Source: a virus (taxonomy: Duplodnaviria > Caudoviricetes). Taken from it: a stretch of DNA of 64,000 bases. A program made the translations under genes and the position numbers. The notes below the pieces were generated by a model that saw nothing but the letters and a program-made list of their open reading frames with translations, was not told the origin of the DNA and did no database searches. Below, piece by piece: positions 19,438 through 28,604 of the stretch. The stretch covers positions 36,752 through 100,751 of the IMG/VR virus record IMGVR_UViG_3300029305_004474, one strand, 5' to 3'. Position 1 is the first letter of the stretch, and every line of letters starts with the position of its first letter.

Positions 19438-20376
19438 ATGTACGTTGGATTAATGGAAAATGGAAAATACGAAATTCTTAAGTCTGATAAAGATATCTTT
19501 AATAATAAAAGTAGATATAAACTTTGTATATTTGATTGCTCCAGTAGTTTAAAAGGACCAGCTCATGTAATTGTAAAATCTAAAGATATTAGATACTTAC
19601 CAGATGAACTTAGAATAGAAGTAACCGTCAATATAATCAATCCCAATAGTGGATTATCGTATATAGATTCTGTTAAATTAGACTATGAAATCGAAAATTT
19701 AAGCATGTTGTACTCGGTAGTTAGCAATATATATCAATATGATTTATTTAATGCTTATATGGCAGAAATAACATATGATTTAGATATTGTCGAATATACT
19801 ATGATGATTGAAGATATACGAATATTTCATACAAAATCTAATAGTGATACTACTCTAACATTCAAGTATTATTACGATGTACCTTGTGATTTTCTTGACA
19901 AATTTTTAAAAAGTGTAAATATGAATGTAGTAACAGATAAAGTGTTTAAAATCCATCAGTATCTTATACTTGATACTGATGGATTTTGGTATTTCGCAGA
20001 AAAAGTTCCAAGCACTGCTAAATATATAGGTATATCTATAGGTGGGAATACTATGTATTTTATAAATTATAAGAAATATAAAAGAATCAATAAAGTATCT
20101 ACTATAGAAGTATCTATAGGTGGCATAGGATTATACGAAGTTTCAGAATATGATCAAATATTCACATTTTATGAATGTTGCTTAAATTATTCGGCACTTA
20201 TAGTTATACCACAATATATTCTTTTATTTATCAACTTTATTAATCCAAATATTCTAATATATACTTCCATAACATTAGATGATGGCACAGAATATAAACT
20301 TACAACTTCTACGGATGAATTAATGAAGTATGGATATAGTTTATTTAGTATTATTGATAAATTAACTAAAATATAA
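19438..20376 (+). CDS. Hypothetical protein, tandem paralog family member 3 (312 aa)
   Basis: AGGAGGT RBS overlapping the upstream stop. Confidence 0.8.
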   Translation: MYVGLMENGKYEILKSDKDIFNNKSRYKLCIFDCSSSLKGPAHVIVKSKDIRYLPDELRIEVTVNIINPNSGLSYIDSVKLDYEIENLSMLYSVVSNIYQYDLFNAYMAEITYDLDIVEYTMMIEDIRIFHTKSNSDTTLTFKYYYDVPCDFLDKFLKSVNMNVVTDKVFKIHQYLILDTDGFWYFAEKVPSTAKYIGISIGGNTMYFINYKKYKRINKVSTIEVSIGGIGLYEVSEYDQIFTFYECCLNYSALIVIPQYILLFINFINPNILIYTSITLDDGTEYKLTTSTDELMKYGYSLFSIIDKLTKI

Positions 20377-20393
20377 TTTTATAGAAAGGAGAA

Positions 20394-20630
20394 ATGTCAA
20401 TGAAGCAGTATGAGAACGATGTAATATTAAATATAGCAAACGAACTGAAAATCATTTCAAGCAAATACAAATATAATTTTAATAAAGAGTCTGAGAAAAT
20501 AGTTTATGATGTTCTTGCATCTGATGGTATTAGAATAATTAATATCTCTGTATCTAAAGATAGACCAATTGTTAATGCTATAATTCGAGTTCCTGCTGTG
20601 ATTTGTGAGGTAAATTTAAATGATAGGTGA
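20394..20630 (+). CDS. Hypothetical protein (78 aa)
   Basis: AAAGGAG RBS; overlaps next gene. Confidence 0.7.
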   Translation: MSMKQYENDVILNIANELKIISSKYKYNFNKESEKIVYDVLASDGIRIINISVSKDRPIVNAIIRVPAVICEVNLNDR

Positions 20631-21105
20631 ATTTAATAGGCAAAATCCTTATGTTGTTCAGATTATGGAAAACATAGAACCTTTAGCAGCATTAACATTG
20701 GAAACAACTAAAGGTTTCACTATTAATTTTATACTTGGTAGTGTAGTGGGTGCATTAGCAACTGTATCATCAATTGGATTTAAGATTGGATGTGATAAAT
20801 TCATTTGTATATATATAGCATATGTATGGATTATAGTTTCATTATTTAAATATATTATGAAGCGTAATCCAAATGCGGAGGCTACACGAATTATATACGG
20901 AAATCAGTATGAAAATATTTATGTGAATAATGAATTGCTTCTGGAACTTATCGAAGATATGGCAGGATTTAAAAATTCTTTAATTGTGTTCGATGAAGCA
21001 TGCCGTCTCATGTATAAAGCATATTTGATATTGAATTGCGTACTGATAGCGATTCCGTTTATTACACCATTAATAATAGGAGGTATAAAAATATTATGGG
21101 ATTAG
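20620..21105 (+). CDS. Predicted membrane protein (161 aa, about 3 TM segments)
   Basis: GAGGT RBS; hydrophobic stretches FILGSVVGALATVSSIGF, FICIYIAYVWIIVSLF, LILNCVLIAIPFITPLIIGG. Confidence 0.75.
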   Translation: MIGEFNRQNPYVVQIMENIEPLAALTLETTKGFTINFILGSVVGALATVSSIGFKIGCDKFICIYIAYVWIIVSLFKYIMKRNPNAEATRIIYGNQYENIYVNNELLLELIEDMAGFKNSLIVFDEACRLMYKAYLILNCVLIAIPFITPLIIGGIKILWD

Positions 21106-22022
21106 GATTAGAAGGGATGAAGTCATTATTTGGATCCAAGAAAAATGAAATGCGAGGAGTAACTCTTAGTCAGCTTTTAGTTAATAATGATGGATTTCCA
21201 TTAAATTACTTACCACAGGTGAGACATTTAGATGGTCAAGATTACATTAAGACCACTGCAAATGGCAATGATGTAAATAATATGCCAGTATTCTATAAAT
21301 GGATTTTTATAAATACGATCGATTTATCAGCAACCCCTGACTCTAATTTAGAGTATGCACGAATTCCAGAATCAGGATATATTATGAGAATTATGCAACG
21401 TTCTTTATTACCATATCACGAAAACTTTGTAATTGATTATTTTGAGAATATTAATTCAATTAATGTTATTACATTAGATCAGGAAACCAGAGCACAATAT
21501 GGTTATCAACAAGATAAGGCATATCGAACATTTAGAATAGGTGATAGTGCAGTTCCTAAGCAATTAAAAGATGAAATCTTTAGCTATCCAGATGTATTCT
21601 TTAAAGCTTATATAGAGGAAGCAATTCCACCTAGTTTGCTTTATAATGAATCTGGCTCTAGTTCGAATCACATTTCTGCGTATGGTGGAAGTTATACAAA
21701 TAATAATAATGGATATAATAATCATATTGATATGAATATTATGTCACACGGATTAAAATCTCCTACAAGCAAGAGTGTGAATAATAGTCAATATTCTCCA
21801 TCGGGTAATAGACCAAAAGCTCCAAATAATGGTAGGGTATATTATCCTAGAGGTACAAATATGAACGCCAATACGATTCAAAATAAAATTAATCAACAGG
21901 TTGCATCACAACATAATATGTATGGGGGTCCAGCTAGAGGGGAACATATTCAACCTCAGAAATCAACAAATCAATCTAAACCATTATCAATTAGTGAAAC
22001 TGGATTTAGATATCAGATTTAA
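21096..22022 (+). CDS. Hypothetical protein with N/Q/S-rich low-complexity C-terminus (about 308 aa)
   Basis: AGGAGGT precedes ATG 21096, so start moved from 21036; terminator at 22024-22055. Confidence 0.78.
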   Translation: MGLGLEGMKSLFGSKKNEMRGVTLSQLLVNNDGFPLNYLPQVRHLDGQDYIKTTANGNDVNNMPVFYKWIFINTIDLSATPDSNLEYARIPESGYIMRIMQRSLLPYHENFVIDYFENINSINVITLDQETRAQYGYQQDKAYRTFRIGDSAVPKQLKDEIFSYPDVFFKAYIEEAIPPSLLYNESGSSSNHISAYGGSYTNNNNGYNNHIDMNIMSHGLKSPTSKSVNNSQYSPSGNRPKAPNNGRVYYPRGTNMNANTIQNKINQQVASQHNMYGGPARGEHIQPQKSTNQSKPLSISETGFRYQI

Positions 22023-22038
22023 AAAAAGGCAGGTGTTA

Positions 22039-22848
22039 TTATACACCTGCCTTTTGAGTATATTGATCTGCAACAAGAAGAAAATTATTTACATCTTTAC
22101 CCATTCTTTCTATTGCTCTACTAGCTTCAGGATGATCTTCAGCAATACTTGTATTAGGTTTTATATATAAATCTCCCATAGCGGAAATAATAATAGAACC
22201 CATCTGAGCGATTTCTTTTTTATTCAGATTTAGTAACGTATCTACATGAGAACCCATACCCACATCATTAGCTCTTATTCTACTTATAAGATTCGCTTTC
22301 CATTTTTTCATATTGGTTCTTACCATGATGGACAGATTCAACATTCTTTTTTGTACTTTTACAGTCTCTTGATATGATAAGAAATCATCTTTTTTAAAAT
22401 AACCTTTGGATACCAGTTCTTTATGTTTTTCATGCATCTTAACTGCAGCACTTATAAGATTCATATTAGTTTGCATAGAAGTAATGGGTGAAGCATTGAA
22501 TATTTGAACACCCTGTTCAGCTTCTTTTCTTGTCATGCCTCTAAATAATCTTTCGTAATTATACGTGCTATTTTTGATAATTTCCTCGAAAATATCTAGA
22601 ATTTTATTAATTAACGTTCCTGAGATTCGATGCATTCTATACCCTTCTAAATTCTTTGAAAATACTATTATATTGGCAGCTACTGATTCACCGATGCTAA
22701 GCAAACCATCAATAGCAGTTTTTGATAATTTATTAGTTACTTTTTCTGCTGCTGCTATTACGTCAGATAGTGATTCTTCAGCTGGCATACCATATATATT
22801 AATCAAATCTCTAGACAATACAGATTCATATTCCTCATATCTATTCAT
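22039..22848 (-). CDS. Probable virion (inner head) protein with propeptide
   Basis: GAGGTG RBS before ATG 22848; PAEES motif near the N-terminus; AACA-N6-TA promoter at 22874-22885. Confidence 0.65.
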   Translation of the reverse strand: MNRYEEYESVLSRDLINIYGMPAEESLSDVIAAAEKVTNKLSKTAIDGLLSIGESVAANIIVFSKNLEGYRMHRISGTLINKILDIFEEIIKNSTYNYERLFRGMTRKEAEQGVQIFNASPITSMQTNMNLISAAVKMHEKHKELVSKGYFKKDDFLSYQETVKVQKRMLNLSIMVRTNMKKWKANLISRIRANDVGMGSHVDTLLNLNKKEIAQMGSIIISAMGDLYIKPNTSIAEDHPEASRAIERMGKDVNNFLLVADQYTQKAGV

Positions 22849-22916
22849 ATCTATCACCTCACATTTATGAAATTAGTGAACTGTTAAAATAAATATCAAT
22901 ACTAAAACATATTAGT

Positions 22917-23068
22917 AGGAATCAGCTATTTCAAGTACAAAACAGTTTTTACTTATCTAAGAAACAATAATAATTTAAAACTCTAGTACCTTGCATACTA
23001 GAGTGCTCCTTTGGTAAATAATTGAAAACAAAAAAAGAGGTAACCGTTTATTGGTTACCTCTTTTTTT
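22917..23068 (+). ncRNA. Candidate small RNA (about 150 nt)
   Basis: Perfect late promoter AACA tattag TA at 22906-22917; no plus-strand ORF; hairpin 22980-23004, CTCCTTT, GGTAAAT, terminator 23031-23068. Confidence 0.45.
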
Positions 23069-23086
23069 CCTTAACCGGAAAAAGAC

Positions 23087-23806
23087 TTATTTCTTTTTCT
23101 TTTTCTTTTTATTAGATTTATCTTTTTTGAACAGATCGTTTTTTGTCGATTTCTCTGCAAACTGAGCAGAAATGTGATTGATAAATGCCAATCGATCGGA
23201 TTCATCTAGCATCTTCAGCATTTCCTTTAACATATGCTCTTTGACAGAAGCATAATTTTTGGAAAAACCGTAGCCTATACAAACATTAGTACATTTATGC
23301 TTTATAGTATCTAACATTGATTTTTCAGCAAAGAATAATTCTTTATATTTCTTAATGTATTCTACTGAAAGTTTATCTAATTTATCAGCATCATATAAAA
23401 TTGCAAGATAAGGATTCTTCTTACACTTTTCAGCCATGTTCTCTGCGCCAGAATGAAATTTAACCGCATGAATTACTTTTTTCCATTCTTTTCTTTCTTC
23501 CGAAGACATGTCCCATTGATCCACGATACTTAACATAAAATCTGCAGTTAAATGACCATGATCTTCACGCACTGCAACATATTTGTGCATATCATGAATT
23601 TGACATGCAATCATAAGTTTATGAATATCTATGCTATCATATCCTTTTGCCAAACCCATGGCAATAGCTTGTACTCTAGTTATATGATCGTTTCTAAATG
23701 AAACAATCTCCTCTTCTGCAGCCGTACATTCAATCATTTTGATTGCTATACCTGCAAAATCAACCTTTGCTAAGTTATCTCTAGTTAGCTTATTATAATC
23801 TGCCAT
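23087..23806 (-). CDS. HD-domain metal-dependent phosphohydrolase (239 aa)
   Basis: DHITRV...IHDMHK...DHG...FHS...LYDADKLD; AAAGGAG RBS; poly-Lys tail. Confidence 0.85.
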   Translation of the reverse strand: MADYNKLTRDNLAKVDFAGIAIKMIECTAAEEEIVSFRNDHITRVQAIAMGLAKGYDSIDIHKLMIACQIHDMHKYVAVREDHGHLTADFMLSIVDQWDMSSEERKEWKKVIHAVKFHSGAENMAEKCKKNPYLAILYDADKLDKLSVEYIKKYKELFFAEKSMLDTIKHKCTNVCIGYGFSKNYASVKEHMLKEMLKMLDESDRLAFINHISAQFAEKSTKNDLFKKDKSNKKKKKKK

Positions 23807-23950
23807 AATAGGCTCCTTTCTGCACTCTTTAGTGCTTTAAAGTAAAATTATAGAAGAGTTAAAATCATCTTCATTGTATCTACCTAATGATATATATTCA
23901 AAAAACAAAAGAAAGTACGGAATGGATTTCGTATATCCATTCCGTACTTA

Positions 23951-24334
23951 TTAATTTACTTTAGATGCTAAATAGCTTTTTACTTTTCTTGCAATCAGCG
24001 TATATACAAATTCTTCTGTGATATATACAGTAATCGCTTTCATAAAATCTTCCGATATATGTTCTTGAATGCTTAAGCATAAATCGTGATAGAAGTTTTT
24101 GAAGTTGGCATTTGTGATCCCTTCCCTATCACTAAAAATTTCTTTTTCGTATAAATCTAATTCGATGGCTATCATTCCGTGCAAGATTTCGATAAGATTT
24201 CCGAAATCGCCAAACTCAACATTTTTCTTATATTTTTGACGATAGATAACCACGAGTTTAAATATTGTAAAACATATTATCTCTAATAAAGCAAATACTA
24301 TGAATATTAAAATTATCCGTTGGATAAAACTCAT
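23951..24334 (-). CDS. Hypothetical protein with N-terminal TM helix (127 aa)
   Basis: IILIFIVFALLEIICFTIF; terminator hairpin at 23912-23949. Confidence 0.75.
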   Translation of the reverse strand: MSFIQRIILIFIVFALLEIICFTIFKLVVIYRQKYKKNVEFGDFGNLIEILHGMIAIELDLYEKEIFSDREGITNANFKNFYHDLCLSIQEHISEDFMKAITVYITEEFVYTLIARKVKSYLASKVN

Positions 24335-24344
24335 GATAATTCAC

Positions 24345-24563
24345 CTACTCTCTTTTTGTAGCTTTACATAATGGGGCGGGCCATTCATTAGGAGTTTTAT
24401 AAAGTTCTCTAGCTTTAGATTCTGCGACAAACTCATTTGGAGCCTGTACTACATCGGTTTTAACACACTCATCGAGGTCAAACCAATGCACTTCAAATGT
24501 ATAAAGTTTAGTCTTTGAATGCTGATTCCCACAAGCCAGCATCTTCATCATCTCCTTCGTCAT
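24345..24563 (-). CDS. Hypothetical protein (about 66-72 aa)
   Basis: Operonic position; AAGGAG just upstream of internal Met codons. Confidence 0.55.
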   Translation of the reverse strand: MTKEMMKMLACGNQHSKTKLYTFEVHWFDLDECVKTDVVQAPNEFVAESKARELYKTPNEWPAPLCKATKRE

Positions 24564-25164
24564 TGTCTAATCCTATACTAACATAACCATCGTCATCATT
24601 ATTATCGCTATCATTACATGCTTCTTCAACGGAGATAATCTCGATTTCATCCTCGTTTCTAGAGATTACTTTCTTGACTGCTTCATCCTCGTCTTCTGCA
24701 AAAACACTAATTGTTAATTCTTTGTCAAGTCCTGCGATAGTATATGTTACGGAGAACTCGATATCTGTGAACTTACCTAAGAAAGATTTTTCTTTTTTCT
24801 TTTTTTTCTTATCTTTCTTCTTTTTCTTTGGGATTTCTTCCTTTTTTTCTAATTTCTCCGTAATTGACTTTCTCTTTTCATTTTTGTAAGTGTCATTATT
24901 ATCCCATCTGGAGTCACGACCATGTTGGTTGTTTCTATTCTTTTCGTTATTTTGAAAAGTCCTTTCTTGTCTTCTGAAATTTCTACCGGATGAAGATTCT
25001 GTATTGGATACTGGTACTTCCTTAACTTTCTCTTCATGTTTAGTTTCTTTTTCTGGTTCTTCAAGGAAAACAACCTCAGACACCGATACATCTTTTTTCG
25101 TTTCTTCTACTTTAGGAATATCATTAATTTCCTCTTTAGTAGCTTCTGGCATGATTCGTCTCAT
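24508..25164 (-). CDS. Hypothetical highly charged protein (218 aa)
   Basis: AGGAGG RBS; AACG-N6-TA at 25188-25199; poly-Lys segment. Confidence 0.75.
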   Translation of the reverse strand: MRRIMPEATKEEINDIPKVEETKKDVSVSEVVFLEEPEKETKHEEKVKEVPVSNTESSSGRNFRRQERTFQNNEKNRNNQHGRDSRWDNNDTYKNEKRKSITEKLEKKEEIPKKKKKDKKKKKKEKSFLGKFTDIEFSVTYTIAGLDKELTISVFAEDEDEAVKKVISRNEDEIEIISVEEACNDSDNNDDDGYVSIGLDNDEGDDEDAGLWESAFKD

Positions 25165-25216
25165 ACTTTACCCTCCTATTTGTTTTTTACCATTACGTTA
25201 ATAACGGTTTATTTTA

Positions 25217-25987
25217 TTATCTTAAAAGCCTTATCAATGGAAGAATTACTTTTTCATAATTATAAGTAATATCCACCAAATCTAATAACTCATCAGAATC
25301 AATATTATCAACAAGTGTTTCTGTACCATATAGATTTAATCTAAACTTAGAAGTTTGATTGAATTCTCTATAGAAATCATATAGTAGCTCTCGTTTTTTA
25401 TATTTTAAAACCAGATCACTAAATAACTCATTTATATCTTTAAGAGGATTAGCCGAGCCCATGCAGTTACATATAATTTTTATTAGCGATATTATACCAT
25501 TTTCATGTAACTGAATTAGCTCATCCCCTATACCCTTTATATCTATTTTATCGTCATTACTTACATATATATCTAGATCTTTCCCTTTATCGGGTTTAAG
25601 ATATATATGATGAGAGTAAACCCCTTTGGGTCTAAATAAAATATTAGTACCTACAAGGGGTTTATTAATTTCTTTATTTATTATAAAAGCAGCATCTTTT
25701 CTAATCGATAGAATATCCCAATCTAAGTCTAATTCATTTTGCTCAATAAATTTGTTCATGACTATATCAAACTTAGATTCTAATGCTTTTGAAAAATCTT
25801 TATCTTTTTTCATTAATAAACCAATTTTTACTTCTCTTTTAGACTTATGCATAGATTCAATTCTATTAATGGTTGATTCAGGTAGAAGATGAAACTCTCT
25901 ACAAATAGATGTATTTGCAGACTTAATATCCCATTCTATGATGGAAACATTAAAATCTTCTAACCTGTATTTGTTTTGATAATTCAT
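25217..25987 (-). CDS. Short DNA polymerase palm-like protein (256 aa)
   Basis: IIEWDIKSAN resembles PolB motif A (DxxS); ILSIRKDAAFII resembles motif C; KIDIKGI resembles the downstream KG motif; AAGGAG RBS. Confidence 0.5.
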   Translation of the reverse strand: MNYQNKYRLEDFNVSIIEWDIKSANTSICREFHLLPESTINRIESMHKSKREVKIGLLMKKDKDFSKALESKFDIVMNKFIEQNELDLDWDILSIRKDAAFIINKEINKPLVGTNILFRPKGVYSHHIYLKPDKGKDLDIYVSNDDKIDIKGIGDELIQLHENGIISLIKIICNCMGSANPLKDINELFSDLVLKYKKRELLYDFYREFNQTSKFRLNLYGTETLVDNIDSDELLDLVDITYNYEKVILPLIRLLR

Positions 25988-25999
25988 CTTTCTATCTCC

Positions 26000-26179
26000 T
26001 TATATATTAAATTTTGTAATATTCATGGCTACTTCGTCAGAAGTCACATAGTCAATTATTTCATCTTTTGTTCGCTCTATCCTTTTTTGTAGTAATTCCG
26101 ATTTCTCACTATATTTCTTAAGAAGTTCTTTATCGGTATTATACCGATTAATCAGATTGTAAAGTCTAGGTTTATTCAT
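26000..26179 (-). CDS. Hypothetical protein (59 aa, MNKPRLYNLINRY...), below the ORF-track cutoff
   Basis: GAGGAGGT RBS; fills the gap between flanking genes. Confidence 0.7.
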   Translation of the reverse strand: MNKPRLYNLINRYNTDKELLKKYSEKSELLQKRIERTKDEIIDYVTSDEVAMNITKFNI

Positions 26180-26192
26180 GATAACCTCCTCA

Positions 26193-26822
26193 TTATTTTA
26201 TTTTCTCATTTAAGTACTTGATCATTTCTGTCTTCAGAGATGAATATGTAGGAGTGAATCCAGGATAATCTTTTATAGCATTGATCAGATTATTCTTAGT
26301 TTCAGACAGTGTCTGATTCTTCAAGAATCCTCCATTCAATGATTTAACGTGTTGAATATGAATCTTATCCAACGTATCGGCATCTGCAAGTATTGCCAAG
26401 TATGGATTTATAACTTGAATAAATCTATCCTTATCGCTATGCATTGCTATAGCGTCAATTACTTTTTCCCACTCCATTCTTTCTTGACCATGTGGATAAT
26501 ATTCGTCGATTATAATTCTTAAATATGCTGCGGCGCATTTACCATGATCATGTGTATCCGCAACATACTTAAACATATCATGTACATAGCACATTACTTG
26601 TACTTTATGCATATCTATATTAACATTTGTATACGCTAAAGCCAATTTTCTAGCTATTTTGTAAACTCGTTTGGTATGATCGATTCTAAAATGAGCGTAT
26701 GGTTTGCAAATAGCAGTTGCGTGGATAGTACTTTCTGCTAATTTTAAAAAATCAATTTTTTTAAAGGGTTTATCCCTGTATTTTTTCTGTTGAGCAATTT
26801 CATTCATTTTATTTTCCTCCAT
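26193..26822 (-). CDS. HD-domain phosphohydrolase, paralog of 23087-23806 (209 aa)
   Basis: DHTKRV...VHDMFK...DHG...MHS...NPYLAILADADTLD. Confidence 0.85.
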   Translation of the reverse strand: MEENKMNEIAQQKKYRDKPFKKIDFLKLAESTIHATAICKPYAHFRIDHTKRVYKIARKLALAYTNVNIDMHKVQVMCYVHDMFKYVADTHDHGKCAAAYLRIIIDEYYPHGQERMEWEKVIDAIAMHSDKDRFIQVINPYLAILADADTLDKIHIQHVKSLNGGFLKNQTLSETKNNLINAIKDYPGFTPTYSSLKTEMIKYLNEKIK

Positions 26823-26889
26823 TATAAAAGTAAAAAAGGAGAGTAAGGTCTTTTACAACCCCACTCTCCTACCAAAGACAGGAATAATC

Positions 26890-27489
26890 TTAATCTGCGA
26901 AGAGGAACTTGTTTTTCTTCTTTTTCTTCTTTTTATCCTTGTCTTTCTTCTTTTTCTTCTTATCGTGTTTCTTTTCTTTTTCTTCCTTGTCTAATTTATC
27001 AGATACTTTTTGAGCGGCTTTATTAAGCTCTCTTCTACTTTCCTCAGAGATTTTCTTGCTGAGAATTTTGTCATTCGTATCTTTTAAAAGGAAGAAAATA
27101 TCATCGCTTGTTGGGAATAATTCTTTAAATTTCTTATAGATTTTCTTTCCATAAGCTTTGAAGTCTTTATTCTTAAAGACTATGAAATAATTTAAGTCGG
27201 ATTTAGCCTGAGAAAATGCTAAACCCATAGCTGCATTCAGGAATTCTGGAGATTTGAAAAATCTTTTCCCCATTTTATCTACTTTATCCGGATCGAGTTT
27301 TACAGAATCTGCCATAATTGCTCGTACTAAAGGCTTTGGTGGTTTCAATCCATCCAAGGATGTAGAATGAGCAAATTTACTCAGTTCACCTGTAGTCTCA
27401 TCTGTAGCATCCCCAATTACGTAATCTTTTGGTTCTACTAAAGACTTCTTATGTTTTAAAAAATCTTTTTCTTTCATAAATACAATCAT
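26890..27489 (-). CDS. Hypothetical Lys-rich protein (199 aa)
   Basis: AAAGGAGG RBS; early-type motif 27522-27529. Confidence 0.8.
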   Translation of the reverse strand: MIVFMKEKDFLKHKKSLVEPKDYVIGDATDETTGELSKFAHSTSLDGLKPPKPLVRAIMADSVKLDPDKVDKMGKRFFKSPEFLNAAMGLAFSQAKSDLNYFIVFKNKDFKAYGKKIYKKFKELFPTSDDIFFLLKDTNDKILSKKISEESRRELNKAAQKVSDKLDKEEKEKKHDKKKKKKDKDKKKKKKKNKFLFAD

Positions 27490-27550
27490 AATTTAAAAAC
27501 CTCCTTTGTTTATTCATAGGAATCATATATATTTCATAATAATTTTAGAA

Positions 27551-28567
27551 TTACTGATTTCTAATAGCATCTAATAATTTATTACCAGAAGTTCCTTCAT
27601 AAAAGATAGATATCATAGAAATAGCATCCTGGGATGTAGAATTAATATCGCAGTGATAAGAGTATTTAGCACCGTAATCTTCACCAGCAATTGCTGCAAA
27701 CTCTCCTCCTACGTTATTAACAATCATTGAATATGTTCGTTCCATTGCTAATAAAATATATCCAATAATCATTCCACCGTATTGATTAATATACTGACTA
27801 AGAATTTCTTCGCCATTGATAGATTCATCTCCTTTATTAAGCTGAGGAATCCATATACATAAATGAGAAATGAATAAATTAATCAATGTATTATTAACGT
27901 GAGATGGAGTGAGAGCAATTGCTGCAATACATTTAGGATCTGCTGCTTTCAGTACCTCATCCCTTGCTCCAATTTTCATAAGTTCTTCTTCTCTATATAC
28001 AATGATTGTTCTATTACCATAGCTAGGCAATGAAATAATTTCATATCCAATGCTATGATCTTTAAATCCATTAGCTGATTCTTTTGCTGCAACTAAAGTA
28101 TGATATAAAATCGCATTCTGTTTGCTGAGAATACAATTTTCTGCAGTGTTCATTTCAATAGATTCATATGATTCTATCATTATATTAGAATTGACATTAC
28201 TTGCATAATCTACGATATCATTACGCATTTCCTCTGGGAATAAATTAATAATTGAATATACTAATTGCATTTTTTCTCTGTTGAGCAATGCAGTAAAGTT
28301 ATCAATAAATTGGAATGTCAGATACCTTCTAATATTTCCATTTGTATAGAATCGAATTTCTTCTGGAGAAAGTTCTTGAACTAATTCCATACTATTATCT
28401 TCTGTTGTAGTATCTTCTTCTTCGATATTTTCTTCGTTGACTTCTTCTACGTTTTCAATCTCTGTTTCTGCTTCCACATTTTCCTCTACTATTACAGGGT
28501 TTTCGACAGGATTTACAACCTCGGGTCTTTTTCTCATATGGGCACCTTTAACTACATTTTTTGCCAT
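27551..28567 (-). CDS. Hypothetical protein (338 aa)
   Basis: AAGGAGG RBS; acidic N-terminal segment. Confidence 0.8.
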   Translation of the reverse strand: MAKNVVKGAHMRKRPEVVNPVENPVIVEENVEAETEIENVEEVNEENIEEEDTTTEDNSMELVQELSPEEIRFYTNGNIRRYLTFQFIDNFTALLNREKMQLVYSIINLFPEEMRNDIVDYASNVNSNIMIESYESIEMNTAENCILSKQNAILYHTLVAAKESANGFKDHSIGYEIISLPSYGNRTIIVYREEELMKIGARDEVLKAADPKCIAAIALTPSHVNNTLINLFISHLCIWIPQLNKGDESINGEEILSQYINQYGGMIIGYILLAMERTYSMIVNNVGGEFAAIAGEDYGAKYSYHCDINSTSQDAISMISIFYEGTSGNKLLDAIRNQ

Positions 28568-28604
28568 CTTTAAATCCTCCTTAGAATTAATTTTATGGAG
28601 CTTT

